Part shown: piece after piece, positions 13,401 to 24,756 of the stretch | Layout: the number at the start of each line of letters is the position of its first letter | Numbering within the stretch: the first letter of the stretch is position 1 | Assembly (NCBI GenBank): GCA_002269645.1 | Contig: NIVC01003949.1 | Coordinates: forward strand, 1 to 64,000 | DNA: 64,000 nucleotides | Source of the DNA: Macrostomum lignano | Lineage: Eukaryota | Direction of reading: 5' to 3' | Notes under the pieces: generated by a model | Seen by the model: the letters and a program-made list of their open reading frames with translations, nothing else | Databases searched by the model: none | Told to the model about the DNA's origin: nothing | Made by a program: the position numbers and the translations under genes

Positions 13401-14049
13401 TTAAAGTTTTAATGAAATAAAGGATACATTTAACTTTTTTCCTTTGTCTATGCCAGCAATTCTACCAAGCCATATAAATAACAATAGACTACCTTTCTGT
13501 GCAGCAGACATGATAGTTGTAGTATCAAGAATGCCTTTGTATTTTGGGCCATATATTTGTGATATCAACAATGAACATAAGGATAATGTTATGATGCTCC
13601 TTATTTTGCATTGTGAACTTATGTCAATTTTGCTATCAAATGCCAGTGTTGAACATGACACCACATATCTAAAACATTTGATTACACAGCACAATGAGTT
13701 ATTATTCTTAATATCAAATGGTCAGTTAAAAAAGTGTAAGCTTCATTATTTACTTCATTACCCAAATCTTATTCTATTTTATAATGGCATTAAAGTAGCA
13801 TGGACTATGCGTTTTGTGGCCATGCACCAATTTTTCAAGCATATTGTTCCAAACCTCCATTGTTTTAAAAATGTTGCTTTGACTGCTGCTAAAAGACATC
13901 AGTTACATAAGGCTATTGTAACATGTACTCCAGTTAATTTATCTACAAGCTCTACATCAAGCATAAAGCAAGCATGTATGAAAGATCTTTTTGATTTAGA
14001 GACAATTTCTTCAATAGCCAATTTCTTGACAATAAATGTTGATAGACTA

Positions 14050-15352
14050 CGAGGGTCACTCCGAAAGTTTTTGCATTCGACCACTTCCCCGCAAGCCAGC
14101 GCTGTAAAATTGCACCAAACCTTAATTCCAGAAGTTTTCAACTTGCATATAAAAATTCAAGTGCCCAGCTTTAAGAGAAGCAACGCAATCTGCAATTGAA
14201 ATTCAGTTTTCAGCTGCCTGCCAGCCATGGCTGCCGAACTGTAGAGGCGCGACATCCGCGCCATAATTTTCTACAACTTCAAGCGCGGCCTCATGACGCA
14301 GCAATGCCACGAGGAGATGCAGGCAGCTTTGGGAGATTCTGCGCCTTCAATCCGCACCATCCAGAACTGGTACCGCGACCTTCGGGCTGGACAGTGCAGC
14401 CTGGACGACGACGACCGAGGACGTCCTGCGACAGCAACGACTGGAGAAAACGTCGAGCTGGCACGCAGCCTGATCGAAGAGGATCGGCGTGACCCACGTG
14501 CAATTGGAGCAGCAGCTGGGCATTGGATCTGGGCAAGTGCAGAAGATTTTGCACAAACACCTTGGCGTACGGCAACTGTGCGCTCGTTGGGTGCCACATT
14601 TGCTGACGCAGCAGCAGAAGGATGAACGCGTGCGATGGTGCCGCCAGATGCTCGCTGACTTCCAGGACGGCGCCGCACGTGGTGTTTTCGACGTCGTGAC
14701 GGGCGACAAAACCTGGGTATTCCAGCACGACCCCGAGACGAAGCGCCAGTCATCGGTGTGGTGCTTCTTTGGCGAGGAGTCACCAACGAAGGTTTGCCGC
14801 TCCAGGAGCGTCGGCAAAGCCATGGTTGCCAGCTTCTTCGGCAGATCAGGCCACGTGGCGACTGTGGTGCTGGACGGGCAGCGAACAGTGACGGCGGAGT
14901 GGTACGTCACAGTCTGCCTGCCACAGGTGCTGCAGGCGTGGCAGGAGCGGCGTCCCAAACGCGGAATCCGCGGCCTTCGCCTGCACCATGACAACGCGAG
15001 TTTGCACACGGCGCAGCGAACCATCACATTCTTGGCCGAAAATCATGTTTCCGTGGTCGGACACCCGCCCTACTCGCCCGACCTGGCTCCGTGTGATTTT
15101 TTTCTGTTTCCGAAGGTGAAGGCCGGGCTTCGTGGACAGAGATTTCCCATGGTTAAGGACGCGATTTATGCGTACAGGGACGGTGTGGATGCACTGACAA
15201 AACAGGACTGGGCTGCGGCCTTTGAGCAGTGGTTTGAGCGAATGCAAAAGTGTGTGTGCGCGCAGGGCAACTACTTTGAACAGATGTGAGGGGGTTTAGC
15301 TCTGGCGAAAGCTGAAAGTGGTCGAATGCAAAAACTTTCAGAGTGACCCTCG
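14050..15352 (+). mobile_element. Full-length 1303-bp mariner (DD34D) with 37-bp TIRs and TA TSD
   Basis: TIR CGAGGGTCACTC(C/T)GAAAGTTTTTGCATTCGACCACTT, 36/37 identical. TA at 14048-49 and 15353-54. Motifs TGDKTW, HHDNA and YSPDLAPCDF with 34-residue D-D spacing. Confidence 0.97.
14227..15289 (+). pseudogene. Mariner transposase with an in-frame TAG (14242) and a frameshift (~14488)
   Basis: MAAEL*RRDIRAIIFYNF...IEEDRR continues in another frame as (V)THVQLEQ...GNYFEQM. Confidence 0.85.
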
Positions 15353-15881
15353 TACCAGCTAATTGTATAGTGACAAATAGCCTCAAAGTTGCTTCACTAG
15401 AATTCAAAGCCCCAACATTAACAAAGTATATGCTAGTTTTTAAAAACCTAGGACTAGATTGAGATCCTGAACTTCATTATGTTTAGAAAATCATCTGTAT
15501 TAAAGGCAAGTGGCTATTAGTAGCTAAGAAATGCAGATCAGTTTTTTTACCCTCATATTTTGCATTCTACTGTGAGCCACAATCAGATATCGACATCATT
15601 GATCCAACAAGCAAATTCTTTCACTCCCCTATATTTGTTGACATCATTGCTGGAAACCATTATGCTGTTTTTTCTTCTTTTCCACCATTTTAACTTGTTT
15701 AGGGACGTTGTTCATGTTCTGCATGTTCATTTATGCAGTGCACATATTAACATGGTAAAGCCAGGCAAGCATAAACACTTGCGGGTCATATTATTTTCTA
15801 AAGTCTCTCATGTCACAATGAACACTAACTAATAATTACAATAAATATTTTTACCCACAGCAAACTGCAAGCCTGCTTGGC

Positions 15882-17470
15882 ATGGCGATGGCATCTGCTG
15901 AACTGTCACTCTATGCTATTGCAACAGCAGACAAGAAGAAGGTTTTCATTTGATCTAACAAAAAATTCCAAGACTTTATTGCTATTGGTTGCAATGCTTT
16001 GGGAGTTGACCCAATTGGCATCGTGATAACAAACGAAGACGGTGTCAAAATTCAGGAGGAAGAGATATGGCTAGCACTAGTAGCCGAGAAGCATTTGCAG
16101 CTATTTTTATTTGTGACGTCTTCAGCTTCTGCTAATGCATGCTCTGCATCTACTGCATCAGCTACAGTAGCTGAATTGGATTCAGCAATTGCATCATCAT
16201 CTCAGGCGGAAGTACCAACGCTGCCTCCAGTGCCAGCATTTTACAAGATACCACAGTATCCTACTACTTTGGTTTTAAGAATTGCTTCTACAAATACGCG
16301 AGAAAAGGCAGCGAGATTAATGATGGACGAAACTTTTGTGCACTGCCTTGTTCATCCAATTGCTGATGAAATCACGAGCAAGTATGCGAATACGGAGAAA
16401 ATAAGCCTCAGATCAACGGAACTCAAGGTGTTTTCAAGTGCCATCGTTGCTGAGTTCCCAAATTTGGCAGATGTTAACACGGTGGCTAGCCACACTTTTT
16501 GGCGACTCCGGATTTGCCGCAGCCTTAAAACCTAGTGGGAAAAAACGTTTGTCTGTGGCAGTGCTTTGCCACCCAAAGTTCTTGCCCAGCGAGAGAAGTA
16601 TGGCCGCGGACAAGGCCAGGACAAAAATTGACAAGCGAGAAAGACTAGCAACCACAAACCACGGCAATCTGCTGCTTTGCTATCTGATGACGAAGACGGT
16701 GAGGAGGTTGATGAGGAGCAAGATGACGGCAGTGATTCTAAGGAAAATGCTGAATGTGAAGTAGAATGCCGAGCTAGCGATCTGACTTCACTTATTGATG
16801 AGTTGCTCATTGAATTCGGGGCTGCTGGTGCTAGCCAAGACTTTGCGGCTATGATCGAAGGTGGACAGCTGCTAGTCAGCATGCAAGAAGCATCCGAGGC
16901 AATGGAAGCGACATTTGCAGAACGCAGTCATGCTGTGCAAAAAATGACACTAGCCGAGAAATTTTTGGCATATCCGCTGTTATCAAACTCGCAGCTTCTC
17001 TGTGAGGAGGCCATTCAAGTAGTAAATGTCTACTCCAGCAATTCTAAATCGGACTACCTGGCTCAGAACAGCACAAAAATCTGCACCCTGTTAGACCAAT
17101 TGCGCGATCTTACACAGTGGATGAATGGAAGCACTTTGCTTCTGTCTAGGTCATCTTGTACCAAGCCGTTTCTCCAACAGTCAGACGATCCTGAAGTTTC
17201 CATTAAAAACGGTTTTATGCTTCTGGCCATCAAGGCCAAAGTGCACAACCTTGACGCCTTTTTCGACTCAAATCGCCACATTAGCATTGTGGCAGATGGT
17301 GACGTTTCAAGTTTTGACGGTCGTTGGAGTGGCGTGCAGGTGTCCACAACTAATATCAAGACGGAATCTGCTTTGGAGACGATTCTTTTGTACGTTCTAG
17401 CATTTCTGGCGTTAAATTTAAAGCATGACCGCCGCACAGAAAACCTGCTGGAGACGGTTGAGAAATCCTA
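15882..17470 (+). pseudogene. EnSpm second ORF (disrupted) with a CIDE-N-like N-terminus and an acidic tract
   Basis: ...KKKVFI*SNKKFQDFIAIGCNALGVDPIGIVITNEDGVKIQEEEIW resembles the CIDE-N EDGT-V-DEEYF motif. ORFs 15999-16535 and 16677-17471 lie inside the element. Confidence 0.6.
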
Positions 17471-18401
17471 AGCGAGCCACCAATCAGTCAGTCGAGTTGA
17501 CAGTGCAAGTTTTGCCCAGTAGTTTTTTGTGATCAACAATGAACTTGACAAAGTGTCTCATCCTCCAATTGTGCTTCTCAGAAATTTCCTAGCCACCCAA
17601 ATCTCCCATGACCAGCCACCAAAGTCTCCCCTATACTCAGCCATGCACCCAAATCTGCCGAAACCAGCCACCTAAGTCTCCCCTACTCAGCCACCCAAAC
17701 AGTTTCTCAGTTGCTCACATTTGCTCAGTTGCTTACCATTGCTCACATTTATTCACAATTTCTCACAATTGCTCTATGTTCTGTTTTTTTGTTTCTTTAA
17801 TAAAAAAATACAATTAAAGTGCTGGATAACTAAGACAATTATTCCACTATTCAATCAATGAAATGAATTATGAAATTTTGAATCTTGATTAATAGGCCTA
17901 CATAAAACATAGGTAAAATTTACCTAAAATGTAGGCCTAGTCTGATACAAATGATGCAGATAAGGCTCAAATGCTATATTGATTTTATTAGAAATTAGGA
18001 GTCTAGAATTCTGAAGCTAGATGCATATTATTTTTTGTATTTGTATAGAAATATAAATTTTGCTATATAATTTGCTTCCGTATTATAAGCTCTCATATTT
18101 TAGTTTAAAAGTTTGACTAAACCCAAGCATCTCAATTCTTACTTGCAGCTAGTGAGCAAGAAAGTTATCTGAAGACTTTCAATATTCCCATGTTTTTCAT
18201 GCTAAACACTTGTTTTGGTTTGCAACACTGAGCCTTAGTTATTAATATTACTAAGGTTATATAGGTTATAGGCCAAGGCCAATGAGGTTTATAAAGTTAA
18301 GCCGTACAATTAAAAAAATATTTTAAAAGTTTAAATTATTTTTTAAATATGTTTTAAATACAATAAGGCAGAAAGTATGTATAGTATATATAGTTATAGG
18401 C

Positions 18402-18513
18402 GGCTATCCTATAGTTTTGCACGTTAAATTATTACCCCCACCCCCCACCACCCTTGAATAGAGGGCAAAATAATTCCGTAAAATAATTTAACGTGCGAAA
18501 CTACAGGATAGCC
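18402..18513. mobile_element. 112-bp Merlin-type MITE
   Basis: 32-bp TIR GGCTATCCT(A/G)TAGTTT(T/C)GCACGTTAAATTATT starting with GG. Perfect 8-bp TSD TTATAGGC. Confidence 0.88.
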
Positions 18514-18864
18514 TTATAGGCTTATTTGTCATTTTGTCCATATATATTGAGATTTTCCTTTAGGTTTAAGCCCTACTTTATTTCAATTCATTTGGTTAAT
18601 TCTAAATTAAAATAAATAGGCCTAATCTTTAGGCCTAACTTTAAAATAAATTTCTAGTTAATGCCTAGTTAAATAAAATTTTTGGTAAATAAGCCTTTTC
18701 ATATGATGTTGCTTGTTTTGGTTCTAGAACCAGATCATATTTGTAAAGTATAACTTTTTGCCTCCTAAACTAATGAATAGGCATATAGCTATAGGGCTAG
18801 CTAGGCCTATATGTGCTATAAGTATTTGTATATATAAAGTTGTCATTTTTACTTTAGCTATAAG

Positions 18865-19439
18865 CCACACTCAGGAAGGTTACATGTAAGCTGGAATTTT
18901 CCGGCGTACCATTGAAAAGTTTGGCTATTTTGGCGTACCACTTTGGCGTACCACTTTGAGCTCGAGAAATTTTTGGCGTACCAATTTTGGTGAATAAATT
19001 CATGCCGTGTATAAAAATTGTAATGTAAATTAACCCTTTTTAGTTTTAGTTTTACATAAAATAAAGGAAAATTAGTATAGTCTAGAAAATAAGTGATAAA
19101 CTTTCTGCTGTTTTAAAATTAACAATAAATAAAACTTGAGTAAATTATTGCTAAGAATGTAAATTTTGCATTTTTTTCTGTAGGTTTAATTTAAGTTTGT
19201 TTAAAATGAAAATATTCGTAATTTTTTGATCAAGAATTTTCGTACGAAAACCTTTCTTAGAAAACTCTACTCGTCAAAACCGAATGACCTTTTTTAGGAG
19301 GAATTTTTGGCGTACATTTTAGGGAATTTTTTTGTTTTTGGCGTTAAATTATAATTAAGTAAGTAAATTACACTGGCGTACATTTAGCTGAGATAGGATT
19401 TTTGTTCCGGCGTACACTACTACACAATCTGAACCATGG
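18865..19439. mobile_element. 575-bp non-autonomous DNA element (hAT-like) with GGCGTAC subterminal repeats
   Basis: 8-bp direct repeat GCTATAAG on both flanks. Seven GGCGTAC copies clustered near both ends. TIRs degenerate (CCA..TCAG). Confidence 0.65.
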
Positions 19440-19743
19440 GCTATAAGTTAGAAAAAAACTTTCAAAGAAAGCATTCAAAGGAAACCCTTGTGATTGAAGG
19501 CTTGCCTAACTGTACAAAGCATAACTGCCATAAGATTAAGATTTAAGAATATACGAGTTAACTGTAGGGCCTATTAATTACAGCAACATTAAACGTTCTG
19601 GCTCATTCCAAGTGTTTAAAGAACGGAATTTACAGAATAGCATGCTGGACCACTATTTTTACTATAATTAGGACGCAAAGATTCAACTCAAATTTATGCG
19701 TTATTAAAAGTCACAATAAAACACAATTTTTTTATAATTACTA

Positions 19744-20100
19744 TTTTTTTTTAGAGGCAGGGGGGTTGTGTGCACCCTGGCGCACTTTAAGCGACATAGG
19801 CACACAACCGGCGAGAGGCATTACTGCCCATTCCGCCGACTCCCCTGAGCAGGCATACAAGCGCGCGGATACGTTACGCAGGCACACACTCACACAGGAG
19901 TGTACAGCGGCCCTAACTTTATCAATTGTTAGGCATGTACACTTCACTGCGCCTTGGGGGGTTGGCTCTCAAGGCCGTTAATTGCACAAGCGAGCCAAGC
20001 TGAAATTCCAATTCAGCCCCAAATTAATGTGGCTGCACTTGGAATCGAGCCTGGGTCGCGGCACACCAGAGCAGCTGCGCTACCACTGGGCTACGGCCCC
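19744..20100 (-). mobile_element. tRNA-derived SINE with an A tail
   Basis: The minus strand starts GGGGCCGTAGCCCAGTGGTAGCGC (A box), has GGCTCGATTCC (B box-like), a unique body and a 9-nt A tail. Confidence 0.75.
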
Positions 20101-20293
20101 CTAGTTTAATAATATAATAATATTATAATTTATAATAATAAATTGTTATTGTTTGAATAGAAAAATAAAATTGACCAATATCTGGTCTGTTATAATTAAA
20201 TATTAAAGCTATATAAAGAACTTTAAAATTAAGACACCGTAAACTATCCGCGCCGGCGTAATGCGCGCTACAGTCACATGGAGGACAATGAGG

Positions 20294-20337
20294 CAAGGAC
20301 GACTTGCAATCGTCCTTGAGTCCTTAAGTCGTCCTTG
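20294..20337. mobile_element. 44-bp micro-MITE
   Basis: Perfect 12-bp TIR CAAGGACGACTT and perfect 8-bp TSD CAATGAGG (20286-93, 20338-45). Confidence 0.75.
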
Positions 20338-20763
20338 CAATGAGGCTTTTAACGAGGCTTTTCATATAGGGGCCTACCAATTCCAGAACCAAAATCATTT
20401 CGGATCTTTGCAGAAAAAAGCAGTAAAACTTTATTAGATGGTTGACTGCCTAAACAGCCTAATTTTGCCCAATTTTTTTCACTTTGGTCGTGAATATTTC
20501 TATTCAATATTTGCAACTTTAATTATAGCACGCATTTTCCTTTTATTTTTTGGAGACAAAAAGTTAGGCCTATAGGGCCTACTTTACAAATTGGATCTGG
20601 TTCTAAAACCAGAGCAAGCAATATGAAAAGACCCAATGTTAGGCCATAGGTGGGGGTTGGATAATATCAAATTTTCGAGATTAAATTCTTGCTCATGTTC
20701 AATATTCAAGAATCAAGATTAGGCCTAATTTGCATAATTGCATAGGCCTATAGTAGGTAGGTA

Positions 20764-22009
20764 GGCAATTTTCCTTTTCCGTTCATTAAATTATTTTTTC
20801 AATTGAAACGTATTGGGAACATTGTGAAACACTCAAAAATGATGTAACTAAACAGAACAGAACAGAACAAGTGTAGTGCTGATTAGTGTTCACTCAGCAC
20901 TCAGCACTCTGGTCTCTGCAGTGATATTTACACAACGTAGTAGTGGGCGATCCAGTAGAGCATGTTGCCGAAGGTGTTGGTGGGATGCATTTTGTGCCAC
21001 ATTAATTCTTCTAGGTAGGACTCAAACAGAGCCTTACTAGTACCATGCATGGCACAAAATTTGGCCTTGCAGTGTGCCCATGTCCCCTCAATGAGGTTTG
21101 TGTGCATCATTGGGTCCTGAGGATTAACAAATGCCAGCTAGTGGTTCACAACTTGGTGGTTCACACCTGCAGCCTAAAGCTAGGCATAAGCTTGCCATCT
21201 GTCCATTATGATGCGAGTTCCAGGAAGGACATGGCATTGGATGAGCGGCAGGAGGGTGGCAGCATTGCGTTGCGCAACTGGCACGAGTATACACTTCCTG
21301 GCCCCATGCTCTATCATGCTAAGCACCCACTGACCGTCATGGTGAGCTCCTTGGTAGAACTTGCAGTAGAAAAAGTATGATTCATCTATCTCCACTTTGC
21401 GGCCGGGGCCACCAAGCTCAATGGGATGGTCCGTGAGGAATTGGGTGCAGATATCACAAATGAAGTTCTGCCAATCAACAATTGCATTGTGGCCAATGTT
21501 GCTCTGGCGTTGGCACTTACCTTGCTTCACATTGGTTGCCCACTACCAGATTAGGTCTAGCAGTTGCGTCAGCGTCAGGTGGCTACCCTTGAAAAACGAT
21601 CCCTTCCTGATTGACACTTGAGCATGACACCCAACATACGCCCACACAAGCCCATCAATGTAGCGGTCACCTGCACGCCATTGCAGCCGCATTGCCGGTG
21701 CTCCAGGACAGGCTACACAAGAACATGTGTTGGCCAGCAGGTGGTATGACACCATCTAGTTGACAACATCTTGGGATATAGCCATGATGGCCCCTAGCTC
21801 TCGCATGGTAAAATTGATGTTTGTCAACTCCATTGCTAGTCGCACTTGAGCAGGGGGCACGATAAACTTTAGTGCAGCAGGGCGTCTAGCCATGTTGTTC
21901 AAGATACGATGATCAGGCTGAAAAGTTACATCATTTTTGAGTGTTTCACAATGTTCCCAATACATTTCCATTGAAAAAATAATTTAACAAACAGAAAAGG
22001 AAAATTGCG
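20764..22009 (-). mobile_element. Merlin (IS1016/ISXO2-like) DNA transposon with decayed transposase
   Basis: ~85-bp TIRs (5 mismatches) and 8-bp TSD GGTAGGTA. Transposase fragments SIRKGSFF, GGPGRKVEIDES, LPGTRIIMD.WQAY, HTNLIEGTW and YLEELMW. Confidence 0.95.
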
Positions 22010-22675
22010 GGTAGGTAAGTAAGTAGGGCAGTAGGCCTATCCTCTAATATAATAACTGTATAGGCTATTTTCACTAGGCCTAGGCCCTATTCTATCTATC
22101 AATATTGTTATTGTTAGTCTACTTGTTGTTTAATGTTTACAGTGATGATAATATTAAAAAATAAGCTTGTTAATTACTTAATCAAGTTGATATAGGCCTA
22201 TATAAATGTAAGTATTGATATTGAATAAAATTGGCAAGCTTCAAGTTTGTTTTATAAAATGATTATTTCTTATCATCCAAAGCTAAAACCCAAAAGTGAC
22301 CCAAAATTTTAATGTCAACAATGCAAGCAAGCATGTAATTGAGATAGGCCTATAGGCTATAGCTTATTCATTTTTATTCATTAAAAATATTCAAAAATGT
22401 CATTATTTATTCAGCTTATTTAGAGCTTTAAGTTCAAATTAGCTTCAATGAACAATAGCTATTGTGTAGTTTCAGCTAAGAGCAATACCTCTTCTTGGTC
22501 ACAATGAGTCTCTTAGGCTTAGCATTAGGCCTAGGCCTAAAGAGATGTTCAGAATCTGTTTTTCAATTAATATAAAGCTGTGCACAAGACATGGCTTTTG
22601 GTGTTTGGGAGCTGCAAACTTGGGAGGTTTGTTATTAAATAATGAATGAGGAAGGTGATTAGTAGAGTTTAGATG

Positions 22676-23056
22676 GCAAGGCAAACCCATAAAACTCCAT
22701 TAGCAAGAAAAGAGAGAGAGGGGGGTTAAAGTGGCAAACATTGAAGGACTGGGGGGGGGGAGGAAGGGTTGGCTAAAGTGACAAGAAACAAAAAATATTA
22801 TTTCTTTTCAGTATAAGTCCTTCAGCACTAAAGAGAAATTCAGAATCTGCACTAGAGGCAGGGCCAACTTAGGGGGAGGGGTTGAAGTCAATGAAAAACG
22901 AAAGTGATCAGTGAAGCCTACAAGTTTAAGTAGCAAGGCAAACCCATAAAACTCCATTGCAAGGAGAGAAAGAGAGAGAAAGAGAGAAAGGAGGTTTAAA
23001 GTGGTGAATATTAAGAGACTGGGAAAGAGAAGAGGAGGGGTTGGCTAAAGTGACAA
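22676..23056. repeat. Two diverged ~110-125-bp purine-rich direct repeats
   Basis: GCAAGGCAAACCCATAAAACTCCATT...GGGTTGGCTAAAGTGACAA at 22676 and 22933. Confidence 0.75.
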
Positions 23057-24756
23057 ACATAAAGAAAAGGGGAGGGAGTTAAATGGGAGCAGATTTAGAT
23101 TTGTCTCTTGTTTTCTATATTAAGTTGATGGGCTTATTATCAATTTATATAGATTGATTCACTAATTGTGACTATGGTATGTCTGGTACCCTGTCTATGC
23201 CCTAGCAGTGCCTAGGCCTAGTCTAGACTCTAGTGTTAAGATGATAAAATTTCTGACTTACCTTCCAAGCTGTTTCTTTCCTATCCTGTTTTGATTGAGT
23301 CACTATAGTCATTGATTACAATACTTACATTTAATTCAAACATTTATCTAACCCAATAATGAAATTAGGACATACCCAAACCTTTTATAGAAAGTGCAAT
23401 ATGCATAGCAAATGGTTCTAACAAATCCTAAATAATACAATGAGACTCAAATTTTGGGTATCATTGTACCCAAAAGTGTAAATAGATAAGAGCAAAATAA
23501 ATAGAGCAATAGGCTAAAGTTGTAAATAAAGCAATAGATAGGCCTAGGATAATAAAAATAGCAATCAATAGATAGATAGATAGATAGATAAAGCAATAGA
23601 TAAGACTTAGAATCTAGATCATTTTCTGATGCTGTTTCCTATCCCTTTTCACTTTTGGTCACAAACATCATTTTTTAGCCCATCTACCATGGCATTATGT
23701 TGCACAGTTGCAGCAACAATTCAAGCTTGAAAATATTATTAGGAAACAAACAAATTAGAAAATCACCATAATCTTATAATACCATAGCCACAAATCTCTA
23801 ACTATAAAAATCAATAGTCATATAATTACAAATCTCAACTTTTTTTCAAGATTTAAAACTAAGATGCCAAGTGCCAAGATCTTGACAATCAAGATTGTGA
23901 ACAAGATCCCTAGCCATAGGCCATGAAAATTAGTTTTACAAAGATAGGTTCTCAAAGACCATGATATATAACTTATGATAGGCCACCTATTAATCACTTA
24001 TATTGCTATATAAGCTAATGCTATAAAAACTTTGCAACTTGCAACAATGCTAAAATCAATAGGGCATATTGAACTTAATTTTATTAGTGTTTCTGCAATA
24101 TAGGCATCTGTCTTTTTGAGTATTCAACTTATTTGTAAGCACTAAGCATGTCCAAAATATTAAAATTCTATTCTAGTAAGATACTTGCAAGGTTGCAAAG
24201 GCTTTCTTGATTAGATGATTTATATCTTACAAGTAGAACTCCTTCTCAGAAGAGAAAAGAGAAGAACTTATATCACCAGAATTCTATGATTTTATACCTC
24301 ACAAAATGAACAATAAAAAGAAGCTGTTTGCTGTTTGCATTATTGGCTAGTTCTGTTTAAATTAATATGTATATTAAAAAATCACAGTCACATACAGTTT
24401 CTTACATAGTCTAGTTACAATCATGCACAAAAATCATTGTTGGTTGATTTTAAAATTTGATATGTACTAATATTGACAATAGAGATAAAAATAATGGCAC
24501 AATGCTTAGTTTAGCTGATTATATATATTGGTGGCTATATATTCTAGAGTGAAAAAATAGTGTCAACAAAGATTAAAAAGTTTTGTTCTCAATCATGCTT
24601 GGCACTTTGTCTCACATGTTTGCTCTGCTCACTGGAAAACTAGTCAAAAGTCTATATTTAAGACATGTAGGCTTGTATATTCATATATTGAATTAAGATA
24701 TGAAATATAAATAAGACATGTATATAGCAAGGCACTCAGTAACTCCATTTTGATTT

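Larger units (their letters stand above)
11880..15470 (+). pseudogene. EnSpm transposase pseudogene split by the mariner insertion
   Basis: Fragments in several frames. Removing 14050-15354 restores the frame INVDRL|PANCIVTNSLKV. Confidence 0.75.
10981..17760 (+). mobile_element. Degenerate CMC-EnSpm (CACTA-like) DNA transposon, interrupted by a mariner
   Basis: Left end CACTGTAAAAAATGTGGC with GTGGC subrepeats; AGCCACC subrepeats at 17590-17700. C2H2 fingers plus transposase motifs LYTDEFEVANPIG, TGDNLS, PPDFFHDLLEG and KLHYLLHYP...WTMRF...HQFFK. Right TIR not found. Confidence 0.8.

Noticed and set aside
17760-17830. Right TIR of the EnSpm element
   Set aside because: No reverse complement of CACTGTAAAAAA was found, so the right boundary is left approximate.
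20030-20100. tRNA gene
   Set aside because: It has A/B boxes but no convincing cloverleaf, and continues into a body with an A tail, so it is a SINE head.
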